A stretch of 64,000 nucleotides of DNA, from the IMG/VR virus record IMGVR_UViG_3300047539_000055, one strand, 5' to 3'. This document shows, piece after piece, positions 36,864 through 46,515 of this stretch. Within the stretch, counting starts at the first letter, position 1; each line of letters starts with the position of its first letter. The stretch is from a virus (Duplodnaviria; Caudoviricetes). The notes under the pieces are model-generated. The model was given only the letters and a program-made list of their open reading frames with translations. It was not told where the DNA came from and ran no database searches. A program made the translations under genes and the position numbers.

Positions 36864-37315
36864 TGTGGTATAATCGCATAGTGGCATCCCTTGACGAAAT
36901 ACCTAATTTCATAGATCATTATGAACAAGAACTGGCTCTCGCTAAAAAAGAGATTTATATCAAGGGTAATGTGGAGAAGAATCTCGCAGACCTACCAGGA
37001 ATCACCGAAAACAGATTTAACCAGTTAGAAGAAGTAGAAGCAGTCCTAAACTTTCTAAATCTACGATTACGAAAGATTCGACGCAAGCATTTTCAAATAT
37101 ATTTGGAAGGATATAACAGAGTATTGACTAGCCGAGATGCCGAGAAATATGTGGATGGTGAGGAAGAGGTTGTAGAGTTTGAAATGCTTATCAATGAAGT
37201 GGCTTTATTGCGTAATAAATATCTTGGAATTATGAAAGGTTTGGAATCAAAGAACTTTATGATTGGACACGTAGTAAGGCTTAGAACAGCCGGAATGGAA
37301 GATGTAAGCTTATGA
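36863..37315 (+). CDS. uvsY: Recombination mediator
   Basis: YLEGYNRVLTSRDAEKYVDGE...K.F.IG..VRLR.AG; located near uvsX. Confidence 0.8.
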   Translation: MWYNRIVASLDEIPNFIDHYEQELALAKKEIYIKGNVEKNLADLPGITENRFNQLEEVEAVLNFLNLRLRKIRRKHFQIYLEGYNRVLTSRDAEKYVDGEEEVVEFEMLINEVALLRNKYLGIMKGLESKNFMIGHVVRLRTAGMEDVSL

Positions 37316-37386
37316 TAAAACAATGTCTCTGGTCTGGTGGTTTAGATTCAACATATAATACACAAAATAGCTCTCAGAGGAAAATA

Positions 37387-38367
37387 ATGACAATCAAAAT
37401 GAAAAGCGACGACGATTTGTTGAATGACGCATTAGATAAAGAATCAAGCGGTGCTGACAGTGCGAATCGTGGTCAAACCGCAAAATCTCGCGATCCGTGG
37501 GATGATGAAGAAGAGTCTGGAAGTGAAGGAAGTTTTGAATTCAAACAATGGCAAGTTGGTGCCAATGATATATTTAGACCAGCGGGAACCACTCGTCAGT
37601 CTATTCCTTCAGGAGTTTTTGAATTTGATCGTGACGATAGCGGTTTATATGCCAAGAAAATCAATGTAATTACAGATTCATTGGTTGAACTTCCTGACAA
37701 TGCCAGTGAAAGAGTTGTTAAAGGAATGAAGAAATTTTGGAGTATGGAAGCTCGTTATAGAGAGCATGGACTGTTATACAAAAGAGGAATACTTTTATGG
37801 GGGCCGCCAGGATCGGGCAAAACTGTCACAATTAGTTTGCTTAATAAATACCTCATTGAAAATGGTGGAATTGTTGTAATGTGTAGCCATCCTAAACTTA
37901 CATCAATGGGTTTAGAAGCAATCAGGCGTATTGAACCAACTCGTCGCATCATCTGTATTATGGAAGATATTGACGAAATCATTGAGAAGTATGGCGAACA
38001 CGATTTGCTATCGCTTTTAGACGGTGAAAATCAAGTGGAAAATATTGTCATGTTGGCAACTACCAACTATCCAGACCGTCTTGGTGCGCGTATTGTCAAT
38101 CGTCCTTCTCGTTTTGATGAAAGAATTTTGGTTGATATGCCAGGTTCATCAGCACGTAGAGTGTATCTTAAGAATATCATTGGTGAATGTCCAGAGTTAA
38201 CCAAATGGGTTGATGAAACCGATGGTTTGAGTGTGGCTCATCTTCGTGAATTAACCGCTGCTGTTCGCTGTTTGGATCAGGATTATGATGAGGTTTTGAA
38301 TCGTCTCAAGAAGATGAAGCAGAAGGTCAAGAGTATTGAAGGGAACGAAACAAAGGTGGGATTCTGA
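37387..38367 (+). CDS. AAA+ ATPase
   Basis: RGILLWGPPGSGKT, IMEDID, LLDG, ATTNYP, NRPSRFD second region of homology. Confidence 0.9.
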   Translation: MTIKMKSDDDLLNDALDKESSGADSANRGQTAKSRDPWDDEEESGSEGSFEFKQWQVGANDIFRPAGTTRQSIPSGVFEFDRDDSGLYAKKINVITDSLVELPDNASERVVKGMKKFWSMEARYREHGLLYKRGILLWGPPGSGKTVTISLLNKYLIENGGIVVMCSHPKLTSMGLEAIRRIEPTRRIICIMEDIDEIIEKYGEHDLLSLLDGENQVENIVMLATTNYPDRLGARIVNRPSRFDERILVDMPGSSARRVYLKNIIGECPELTKWVDETDGLSVAHLRELTAAVRCLDQDYDEVLNRLKKMKQKVKSIEGNETKVGF

Positions 38368-38850
38368 TGAATGAATTTAATAAAGCCTTTTGGAAACGAT
38401 TTGCCAAAGCAAGGATAGGATGGACTGAGAAATTACAGCCATTAGTTGATGCTTCTCTTGTTTGCGAAAAATTAATAATGAAAGACGTTGAATTTAAACC
38501 AATTATTACAAAGGAATTATTAATTCCTTTGTCAAAGGAATTATGATAACTAAAGTAGTAGATTTTGCCAATAGATTTAATGATAAATTCTGGTCAATCG
38601 CGGGGCCAATAATTCTAATGGTTATGACAATATGGTTCTGTTGTTTAATGTTTTATATAACATATAGCATTTTTGAATGGACAGCGCATATTATGAAAGG
38701 ATAATTATGAAAACAATTGATACAGAAGAAAGCGTTAACATTGATTTTGACAAGGAAGAACAAGAACTTGTTGAACTCTCAATGAATGATATTACAATGG
38801 AAGACCAAACGTATTTTGATTCAGAAGATAATGGTAATCAACCATCATAG

Positions 38851-39249
38851 ATGAATAACCTTAACACTGACGATCAATGGAATATGCTGAGTATGGCACT
38901 TTCCTCACGAATAGTAATTGATACTTTGATTGGCTTTTATGACGGTAAAGTAATGTGGACTGCCGCCGAAGAAGGCATTAGAACTATTGAAGAAGTTCGT
39001 GAAATCCTGCGTCATTTGTATGATAGGGACAAGGTTGATCCAACAGTTTTTTGGTCAAGACAATTCACCAGATTTAACAATTATAATCAACAAAAGTTCC
39101 TATTGGAAGTAGCTGAAGAGAAGCGATGGATGACTTGGGAAGATGATTTAGAACAATGGATGACGAATAAAGAGATTCTAATTGATTATTTTTCAGCAGT
39201 GGAAGCTAAAGCCTTGGCTTATTGCCGACATGGTAGAAGTTGTATTTAG
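38851..39249 (+). CDS. Hypothetical protein
   Basis: 132 aa ORF. Confidence 0.55.
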   Translation: MNNLNTDDQWNMLSMALSSRIVIDTLIGFYDGKVMWTAAEEGIRTIEEVREILRHLYDRDKVDPTVFWSRQFTRFNNYNQQKFLLEVAEEKRWMTWEDDLEQWMTNKEILIDYFSAVEAKALAYCRHGRSCI

Positions 39250-39285
39250 AGAGGGTATTTGTTTGCTGGTGGGATAAATACTACT

Positions 39286-39540
39286 ATGAAATCGCAAACA
39301 AAGTCACTATTGGAAAGTCTTGTGGATTTGCACCCTTCTCAAGATACTTCCCTTATTATTGAGTCTCGCGGATCACATATCATAGCCTCTGCAATCGCAC
39401 TATTAGAAACAATTGAAGAAGAATACGGCCAACAATTAGCAGAAAACCTCGAAAAAAGACTACTCAGTAGTATCCGCAATAAAAACAATGGAAAATTTAC
39501 AAGGGCCACAAAAGCTCTTGGAAAACTAACAAAGAATTAG
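39286..39540 (+). CDS. Conserved late hypothetical protein
   Basis: TAAATA-N5-ATG; IESR..HII.SAI.LLE...LEKRLL.SIR...KF.R. Confidence 0.7.
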   Translation: MKSQTKSLLESLVDLHPSQDTSLIIESRGSHIIASAIALLETIEEEYGQQLAENLEKRLLSSIRNKNNGKFTRATKALGKLTKN

Positions 39541-39548
39541 GAGATATT

Positions 39549-39812
39549 ATGTATAAGAATCATAGATATGGTCTTGGTTTTCAGCCTGGTCAGACATTCA
39601 AATTGAACCCGACTGCAAAGAAGATTTGGCTTGCTTATAGTCTTGGCCCAGCACTCTATGCTTTGCCTCTTAATTCAAAGATTGGAAAGCGATTGTTTCA
39701 GGATATGATTAACAATGTCATTGAAGATAAGGAATTTCATGCCAAGGCTTTTGCAGAATCAACAGCTTTCTGGCCAGATGCTTTGAAAGATGCAATTTTA
39801 GTTGAAAATTAA
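39549..39812 (+). CDS. Hypothetical protein
   Basis: GGGAG SD. Confidence 0.55.
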   Translation: MYKNHRYGLGFQPGQTFKLNPTAKKIWLAYSLGPALYALPLNSKIGKRLFQDMINNVIEDKEFHAKAFAESTAFWPDALKDAILVEN

Positions 39813-40018
39813 CCCCAAGAATGTTCAACGGGATTACATCTTCTACTTATTTCTTCAAATCCCAAATTGTTCAGAACAGTTTTTAAACATTCAGCAGATG
39901 CTTTGTCTGAAAGCTTTATGGCATTTGGACTGAGATAACTAACCATCTTCAAATACCCACCATTTTCGCAAACACCAACACACATCCTTCCATCGTCCAA
40001 AAGCCAAGCAATTTGCAT
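39809..40018 (-). CDS. Hypothetical protein
   Basis: AGGAGG SD. Confidence 0.55.
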   Translation of the reverse strand: MQIAWLLDDGRMCVGVCENGGYLKMVSYLSPNAIKLSDKASAECLKTVLNNLGFEEISRRCNPVEHSWG

Positions 40019-40027
40019 TGTGCCTCC

Positions 40028-40717
40028 TTAAGAATAAGGATCGGTTATGACTAGTGTTCCGTTGGCTCTTTGCATCATGTTGTTTTGATGCAAATCCATA
40101 TACTTACTTCCTTGATCATTAGCGATAATGTTCAATGCCAAGACTAAATCTGGATTCTGTTTAAAAATTAGTGGGATTTTTCCATTAAAATATAAAACCA
40201 AAGACTCAATATCCGGTGTGTTAGCGGCACGAAATTGACTTGCCATCGCTGTATCAAATATTTTTTCATATCGTTGTGCGCGTGCCAGTGGGATTTCTTC
40301 TAACTTTTCAATTAGATAAACGCAGTAATTATTCTTGCCTATTTTCATTACCTTCATATCACTGATTTTAGGAAAGAATTTATTTGGATTCTTTTTAATA
40401 ATCGTTGCATATCGTTCATAGCCTTTATCTTCTCGCTTGTTAACCTTCAGAACAAATGATTTTTTGGGGTTGCCATAGATAGAACTAAACACACCCCAAC
40501 CAATTTTTTCCCATCCCATTTTTTCAAGATTGCTTGTCAATGTGTCATCAACATCAGCAATTGCATTCATACGAGCTTCAATATCATTTGTGCTTAAACT
40601 ATTGGGTAATTTAGATGACAATGATTTATTATATGGATGACGCTGTCTGAAGTAATCAAACGCAGTATTGGTTACACGCTTTCCAATCTTTGGTCGGGTT
40701 AATTCATTGATATTCAT
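40028..40717 (-). CDS. T7 gp0.7-like protein kinase K6
   Basis: IGWGVFSSIY, FVLK, EDKGY, DLHQNNMM, ITDPYS; start MNINEL. Confidence 0.85.
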   Translation of the reverse strand: MNINELTRPKIGKRVTNTAFDYFRQRHPYNKSLSSKLPNSLSTNDIEARMNAIADVDDTLTSNLEKMGWEKIGWGVFSSIYGNPKKSFVLKVNKREDKGYERYATIIKKNPNKFFPKISDMKVMKIGKNNYCVYLIEKLEEIPLARAQRYEKIFDTAMASQFRAANTPDIESLVLYFNGKIPLIFKQNPDLVLALNIIANDQGSKYMDLHQNNMMQRANGTLVITDPYS

Positions 40718-40725
40718 ATCATTTC

Positions 40726-41154
40726 CTAAGAATAAGGATCAATAATAACTATTGTTCCATCTTCTCTCTGCATTATATTAAATCTTCATAAGCACCCATA
40801 ATACTGCCATTAATTTGCCCGCTATTCCCCATGGAATCTTATATAATTTTTCAATCAGATAAACATAATAATTATTCCCATTAAAGCGTAATTTTTTCAT
40901 ATCGCTAATGATTGGAAAATGTTTGTTTGGGTGTCTATGTATGAGTCTGACATATGCCTCATAACCTATATCTGGATCATTTAGTTTTTTCAAAATATAT
41001 GGTTTACTTTTATTTCCATAAACAGAAGCAAACGATCCAAAATCCAATTCAATCCATCCAAGTTTTTCCATATGTTCTTCAAACGCGACTCTACTCAACT
41101 CTCCTTTGAATGAAGAAAATGCCAATTTTTGATTGGTTCTGTAATTTTTGGCAT
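40726..41154 (-). pseudogene. Decayed kinase paralog K7
   Basis: N-lobe LDFGSFASVY/YILK/YLIEKL intact; NIMQREDGTIVIIDPYS* out of frame; catalytic DxH segment deleted; MPKITEPIK start also frameshifted. Confidence 0.75.
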
Positions 41155-42578
41155 TATATTATTAGCCTCCAAGAACCGGCATCATATGGCCCTTCATAAC
41201 CTCTCACCCAAACATTGCCATTCCATTGACATTGAAGATTTATAGCATTGTCATAAACAAACGATATATTTCCAATATTATTTTCGGCTGAGAATGTTGT
41301 CACCCAACTGTTTCCAGTATAGGTAATAATATCATTCACATTTGCCGTAGCCGAACTGTTTCCAGAATCGTAAGGCCAAGCCGATCCAATAGACGAAGTA
41401 ATTAAATATGAATCACCGATATTAGCATTGGATAACCCGTATCCTGGCGCTACTTGTTCTGGATTGACAATTGAAATAATAGCTGGCAGTGTATTTGCCG
41501 GCAGTGTTGCGACATTTGCATTGTATAGAAGAATAGTAGGATCGGTTGGATCAACAGTAATTGTTCCAAGGATTTCATTGACACTGTAATCATAAGACAA
41601 TCCAATCTGAGAAACACCCGGTCTAACATTTCCATAGGTTCCAAGCACGGCGGTCCAATCCAATGGACTTCCAAAAAAGAAAGGAGAAGCTGTTAAATTA
41701 GCTGAAAGATTGGCAGAGCTTAGAGTATTTGAAGCGTCCCAAAAAGCAATGGGATTATCGGTATGAGTCACATTCGCAGTTGGCCCTTGTTGTAAGATTC
41801 TGATTTGACCATTGGTTACAAGTAAACCATAATTGTTAAATGTAACAACTTGGCGAGTATTCAACACCAAATCATTCAAATCATTTGTGGCATTGATATC
41901 CATAATAACTTTGAAAATGACACCCATCTTGCTAACTTGTGCAGGAAGAGACATCCATATTGGTGCTTCAAATTGCAGGGTGCATACATCATAGGAACTA
42001 TCACTATTTTGACCAATTGGAATTGATCTATTAGTCCAAGTTACATCCATCAATTCCAAATAACTAAGACTTTCCCAATCCAAATAGTTATCTGTCTTTT
42101 GAATTTCTAATGCTGGATTAAACAAAGGAAGAATTTGCTCAAGAATTTGTGTTTTTTGCTGTGTATTTGATGTAACAATATCAACCTTGATTTCCAATTT
42201 GTAAGGAACTGGCATGAATCGTTTAACAGTATAAGCATTGGCTTGCGCAGGTAAATATGCGCCGACATTCGCATCGTATTGGCGAGTTCTAACAGATAAG
42301 GTATCTTGAAATGTTGGGGTTTGAGTTCTGGGACGATCAAATTTCAAATTTGAGATATAGATACTAAACATTGGAAACGATGCCATCACGTTTTCTGAGT
42401 TCAATCTTAAAATTGTGGCGGCGGAAAATGTGCTATCTCCATAAATTGCAGGAACAGTGCTGTATGCTTGACTGCCATCGGAATTCAAACCATAAGTGAC
42501 AGTAAAACCAGAAAATAAACGAACGATCTGATACATCCACTTACGGAGATTTTCATCGTAAAAATATTGACTTCCCAT
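41154..42578 (-). CDS. Tail sheath stabilizer/terminator (T4 gp15-like) with C-terminal extension
   Basis: QYFYD...R.F, MPVPY.L, QILEQILPLFNP, TLQF..P.W...P. Confidence 0.8.
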   Translation of the reverse strand: MGSQYFYDENLRKWMYQIVRLFSGFTVTYGLNSDGSQAYSTVPAIYGDSTFSAATILRLNSENVMASFPMFSIYISNLKFDRPRTQTPTFQDTLSVRTRQYDANVGAYLPAQANAYTVKRFMPVPYKLEIKVDIVTSNTQQKTQILEQILPLFNPALEIQKTDNYLDWESLSYLELMDVTWTNRSIPIGQNSDSSYDVCTLQFEAPIWMSLPAQVSKMGVIFKVIMDINATNDLNDLVLNTRQVVTFNNYGLLVTNGQIRILQQGPTANVTHTDNPIAFWDASNTLSSANLSANLTASPFFFGSPLDWTAVLGTYGNVRPGVSQIGLSYDYSVNEILGTITVDPTDPTILLYNANVATLPANTLPAIISIVNPEQVAPGYGLSNANIGDSYLITSSIGSAWPYDSGNSSATANVNDIITYTGNSWVTTFSAENNIGNISFVYDNAINLQCQWNGNVWVRGYEGPYDAGSWRLII

Positions 42579-42687
42579 TGTTTTTCCTGTATAATTGAAC
42601 TATATATATTTAGCCAAAAAAGATAAATAGATATGTAGTTCGCGGTGATCAGACCCAACTACTCTAAGGCTTTTAGGAGCATCAGCT

Positions 42688-43488
42688 ATGAATATTTATT
42701 CAACTAAATTTTTCCAAGACAATAGATTCTATGTCTATATGTATCTGCGCGAAAAAGACTCAATATATGGCTTAGCAGGAACTCCTTACTATATTGGTAA
42801 GGGAATTGGTAATAGAGCATTTGCTCCACATCATAAAGGAATATCTGTACCAAAAGATAAAAACAGAATTCAATTTATTTGCGAAAACATAAAAGAAATA
42901 GATGCTTTTAATTTAGAAATATATCTTATTTGTTTATATGGTCGTATAGATTTGAAAACTGGATGTCTTCACAATATGACAAATGGCGGCGATGGTAGTT
43001 CTGGCCATATTAAGTCTCAGGAAACAAGACAAAAACTTTCAAAAGCCTTAAAAGGAAAACCATTATCAGAAATTTCAAAATATCATAAATCATTAGCAGC
43101 AAAAGGCAGAAAACTTACCAATAAACAAAAAGCCAGCTTGTTAAAGGCAAATATTGGCTCCAAGCGTACTGACGCGCACAAATTGGCAATAAGTAAATCA
43201 CTCCAAGGAAGAAAATTCTCAACACAACATAAAGAAAATTTAAGATTATCTCAACTGGGAAAGAAAGCATCTGTAGAAAGTAAAAAGAAAATGTCCGATG
43301 CTAAGATTGGTAAACCTGGACATTTACATACTGCTAAAAGTAAGCTACAAATTAGTCTAAAATTACGAGGAAAGAAACGAAAATTATATGAATGTAACGT
43401 GTGCCATAAACAAATTGGCGGAATAACAAATTTAAATCGTCATTTATTCAAACATTCTAATATAATTGACTACTACTTGTGCTCATAA
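42688..43488 (+). mobile_element. Free-standing GIY-YIG homing endonuclease with NUMOD3 repeats
   Basis: FYVYMYLR...PYYIGKG...LE...N.T.GGDG; SQETRQKLS-type repeats; opposite strand to its neighbours. Confidence 0.85.
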
Positions 43489-45046
43489 GAAAGGGAAGTG
43501 GCATCGTAAAATCATTTGTCTCTCGTACTTCTTCTATAGATGGAATATAATTTTTAAGTGTTTCCATCATACGAATCAAAGTTAATAATGATGTTACTAA
43601 ATCATCAGTTTCTCCTGGTTTAGCTCTATAAGTATTTTCTACACTAACGAAAGTTTTTAATTCACTAATCAATTTCTTACTATATATTTTCATTTTTTGA
43701 GATTCAATTAAACTCTTCAATTTAGCGCAAGCTGTGAGTTTGTTGGTATTGGTGGTGTTGAATCCCTTGCGAAATTTACGAGCCTGACCTAATTTAACTG
43801 TTTCAGTTAGAAAAATACCGGGAATGTTTTCCTCTCCAATGCTCCGAATAGTAACTAAACAAGCCTCGCCAATGGTGTTATTTTCTACACTCCAATAAAC
43901 ATCAGTTGGATTCTCTGTTATACCCACTAAATATTTGGTGATTTCTTTCAGCAAATTCACTTGATTTTCAATACTTGTTTTGTTGTGACACCATTCAGCT
44001 ATTTGCTGACGAGTTGATGCTTCAAATACCTGAATAGCGGCCGGGTCGCCTCCCGTTCCAATAGATGGATCAAGAGCGCAAACATAGATATTTCCCTTAG
44101 TTGGTTTAACATACCAACGAACTTGTCCTTGATGTTCAATGGGTTCCACTCCATCCAATTGATTCAGAATAAATGGATTGATAAGCGTTTCATCAAAGGT
44201 AATAAACTTACAAAGAACTTCACGTTCAAACTGTTCGTCCCCTACTAATTCCCTTTGTTCCGTTGCCCACGCTTCGTCTCTATCTGGGTGTTCGTCCCAT
44301 TTCGCCGTAATCGCGTGGAAGCCGTTGACCCCCAGTTCACCCGAAATAGTATTACCAGACTCGTCTTCAGTCTTGTTAGCGTTGTGCCAGATGTCTGCGA
44401 ATAAATCGTCTGAATTATTGGGAGTGGATGTAACAATGGCTTTACCGCCTGTACTTAGAGTTAGAGAACATGAAGTCCAAAATTCTCGTGCGATTGTTGG
44501 ACGAACTGATGACATTTCATCACTATATAAAATTGAAATTGCCATACCTCGACCAGTTGTTTCAGTTGTTGTTTGTGCTAGGATTCTTGAACCGTTATCA
44601 AAAACCATGCTTTGTTTATTGTATTCTGTAATGCCAGCACGAATAAAATCTGGAACAGATTCATATCCAAAACGAATACGATTCATGATTTCCATAGCAC
44701 CAGTAAACTTGTGTGCGGCGATTAGAATAGTCTGATCGCTGTTGAACATGGCAGACCATAGTAAATAACCGGCGGCTGTTACAGTCTTACCGCATTGTCG
44801 AGGCATCATTGCCACAATACGGTTATAACGATGATATGCGTCGATTAATCTAACTTGATAACCATAAGGCTTATACAATACCTTGCCTTTCTTTGGATGC
44901 TGAACATAAAAGAAATTGGACATGAAATAGTGAGGTCCGGTCAAAGGATCAATACATTTCTTAAATTCCTCAAGTTGTTCAGTCGTAAACGAGGTTTTAC
45001 CGTGCGGTTTTTTGATTAGAGCTGTTTCGCCGTATGATTTACTCAT
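43457..45046 (-). CDS. Terminase large subunit (T4 gp17-like)
   Basis: YQVRL, PRQCGKT, YSDE, TSTPN; nuclease LDP, ENN, DDLV. Confidence 0.95.
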   Translation of the reverse strand: MSKSYGETALIKKPHGKTSFTTEQLEEFKKCIDPLTGPHYFMSNFFYVQHPKKGKVLYKPYGYQVRLIDAYHRYNRIVAMMPRQCGKTVTAAGYLLWSAMFNSDQTILIAAHKFTGAMEIMNRIRFGYESVPDFIRAGITEYNKQSMVFDNGSRILAQTTTETTGRGMAISILYSDEMSSVRPTIAREFWTSCSLTLSTGGKAIVTSTPNNSDDLFADIWHNANKTEDESGNTISGELGVNGFHAITAKWDEHPDRDEAWATEQRELVGDEQFEREVLCKFITFDETLINPFILNQLDGVEPIEHQGQVRWYVKPTKGNIYVCALDPSIGTGGDPAAIQVFEASTRQQIAEWCHNKTSIENQVNLLKEITKYLVGITENPTDVYWSVENNTIGEACLVTIRSIGEENIPGIFLTETVKLGQARKFRKGFNTTNTNKLTACAKLKSLIESQKMKIYSKKLISELKTFVSVENTYRAKPGETDDLVTSLLTLIRMMETLKNYIPSIEEVRETNDFTMPLPFLMSTSSSQLY

Positions 45047-45061
45047 AATTATATTTAGCTA

Positions 45062-45466
45062 TTATTTGTGTGATTTACTATTAACTGGGCTGATTTTGTG
45101 GACTTCTTCCTGTTCTTGTGAATATCTATTAGATAATTTGGCTGGTGTAAACCCACAAAGTTGTGCGGCACGATCAATAATTTTTTGATCCCAGTCCGAA
45201 TATCCTGCTGAAAATGGATGATCTGACACTGGAGATGATTTTGACATTTTTGGTTCATTTGGAAGACTTGCGGCCATAACAAGCGAACGCATGTGTCCAT
45301 AAGGTGTCATCTCTGGATACCATGCGGCGTTTGGCAATGCTGAAGAATGATCAGGGTTTAGTTTTCCTTCACCCTGACCACCAGAATCACTATCAGCAAC
45401 CATCATATCTTCTTTGGATTCTTTTACTGAGAATCTATGTGGACGCATTGGACTGATTTCTCGCAT
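45062..45466 (-). CDS. Hypothetical late protein
   Basis: In the late operon upstream of terminase; SPVN end motif. Confidence 0.65.
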   Translation of the reverse strand: MREISPMRPHRFSVKESKEDMMVADSDSGGQGEGKLNPDHSSALPNAAWYPEMTPYGHMRSLVMAASLPNEPKMSKSSPVSDHPFSAGYSDWDQKIIDRAAQLCGFTPAKLSNRYSQEQEEVHKISPVNSKSHK

Positions 45467-45978
45467 TAAATATTACCATCCTGATTGGTTAGACCGCCAA
45501 TAGGAACGATTTCAAGATTCTTTTCTTTTAAGAATTTGTCAATGAGTTCTACAAAGTCATCACCAGCACCGCCAAATTTTGAATTTAATAGATCACCTAA
45601 TTCTGTTACTGGATCATTTCCATCAACTTCTTGTTCACTACCATCGCCTTCTTTGTCGTTAAAATCCCATTTTGTTTCCGGACCATCTGGCTCACTACCA
45701 TCGCCTTCGTCGTCGTCGTTAAAATCTCCTGGCCCCCAATCCGGACTGCTACCGTCTGTGCCATTATTCGTTGGATCAGCATCATCTTCTCCAACACCAT
45801 TGTTGTCTTCTATCGCTTCATCTCCTGGTTCTTCATCACTAGTATCCCATCTGTTGCCATTATTCGTTGGCTCAGACGCGCCTTCTGGTTCAAAATCGCG
45901 CCAATTATCTGGATTACCGTCTGCTTCCGAAATCATCTGTGAATACTCTCTGAGTAATTCGCCTTCTGTCTTTTTCAT
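45466..45978 (-). CDS. Acidic putative internal head protein
   Basis: MKKTEGELLREYSQMISEA leader; D/E-rich repeats. Confidence 0.65.
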   Translation of the reverse strand: MKKTEGELLREYSQMISEADGNPDNWRDFEPEGASEPTNNGNRWDTSDEEPGDEAIEDNNGVGEDDADPTNNGTDGSSPDWGPGDFNDDDEGDGSEPDGPETKWDFNDKEGDGSEQEVDGNDPVTELGDLLNSKFGGAGDDFVELIDKFLKEKNLEIVPIGGLTNQDGNI

Positions 45979-45988
45979 TATATCTCCT

Positions 45989-46513
45989 TTAGTCGCAACT
46001 ATCCCATCTGGTGCCAACAAAAATCCATTTTCCATTTTCATTTTGTTTAACCTTCAATCTTGTACCATATCCAGCAGGGTGAAAATGCCTATAATATCTA
46101 TCTGAAGCTTCTGCGGCTTGCTCTTCAAAGTCAAATTCCTTTGACTTGACTTCCATCTGTCCTTCAATTAGAGGATCACCTTGTGCTTCAGCAATAATCT
46201 TGGAATACTCTCTCAGCATTTCCCCTTCAGAAAAAATCTTATCTGTCTTGTCCTGATCATAATATGTTTGGCCCGGTCGTGCAGGAGTTTCATTGGACAA
46301 TCTTACAGCATTACTCCATCCAGCATTGTATCCTTCACTATATTCATCTATTCCATTACTGGAATACTCACTCTTACGACCAAGTTTAAAATCTGACAAG
46401 GCAGAACGATAACCTTCAGACCATGCGGCATGATGACTTCTATAGTCTTCTGGAAATGCTTCGGCAAGAATCGTTTGATATTCTTGTAATAGTTCTGCGG
46501 TTGTCTTTGCCAT
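45989..46513 (-). CDS. Putative internal head protein with two LLxEY...AEA motifs
   Basis: ELLQEYQTILAEA and EMLREYSKIIAEA. Confidence 0.65.
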   Translation of the reverse strand: MAKTTAELLQEYQTILAEAFPEDYRSHHAAWSEGYRSALSDFKLGRKSEYSSNGIDEYSEGYNAGWSNAVRLSNETPARPGQTYYDQDKTDKIFSEGEMLREYSKIIAEAQGDPLIEGQMEVKSKEFDFEEQAAEASDRYYRHFHPAGYGTRLKVKQNENGKWIFVGTRWDSCD

Positions 46514-46515
46514 AA

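Noticed and set aside
43457-45046. Intron or intein in terminase, helicase or UvsX
   Set aside because: Lengths and motif spacing are normal; the nearby endonucleases are free-standing.
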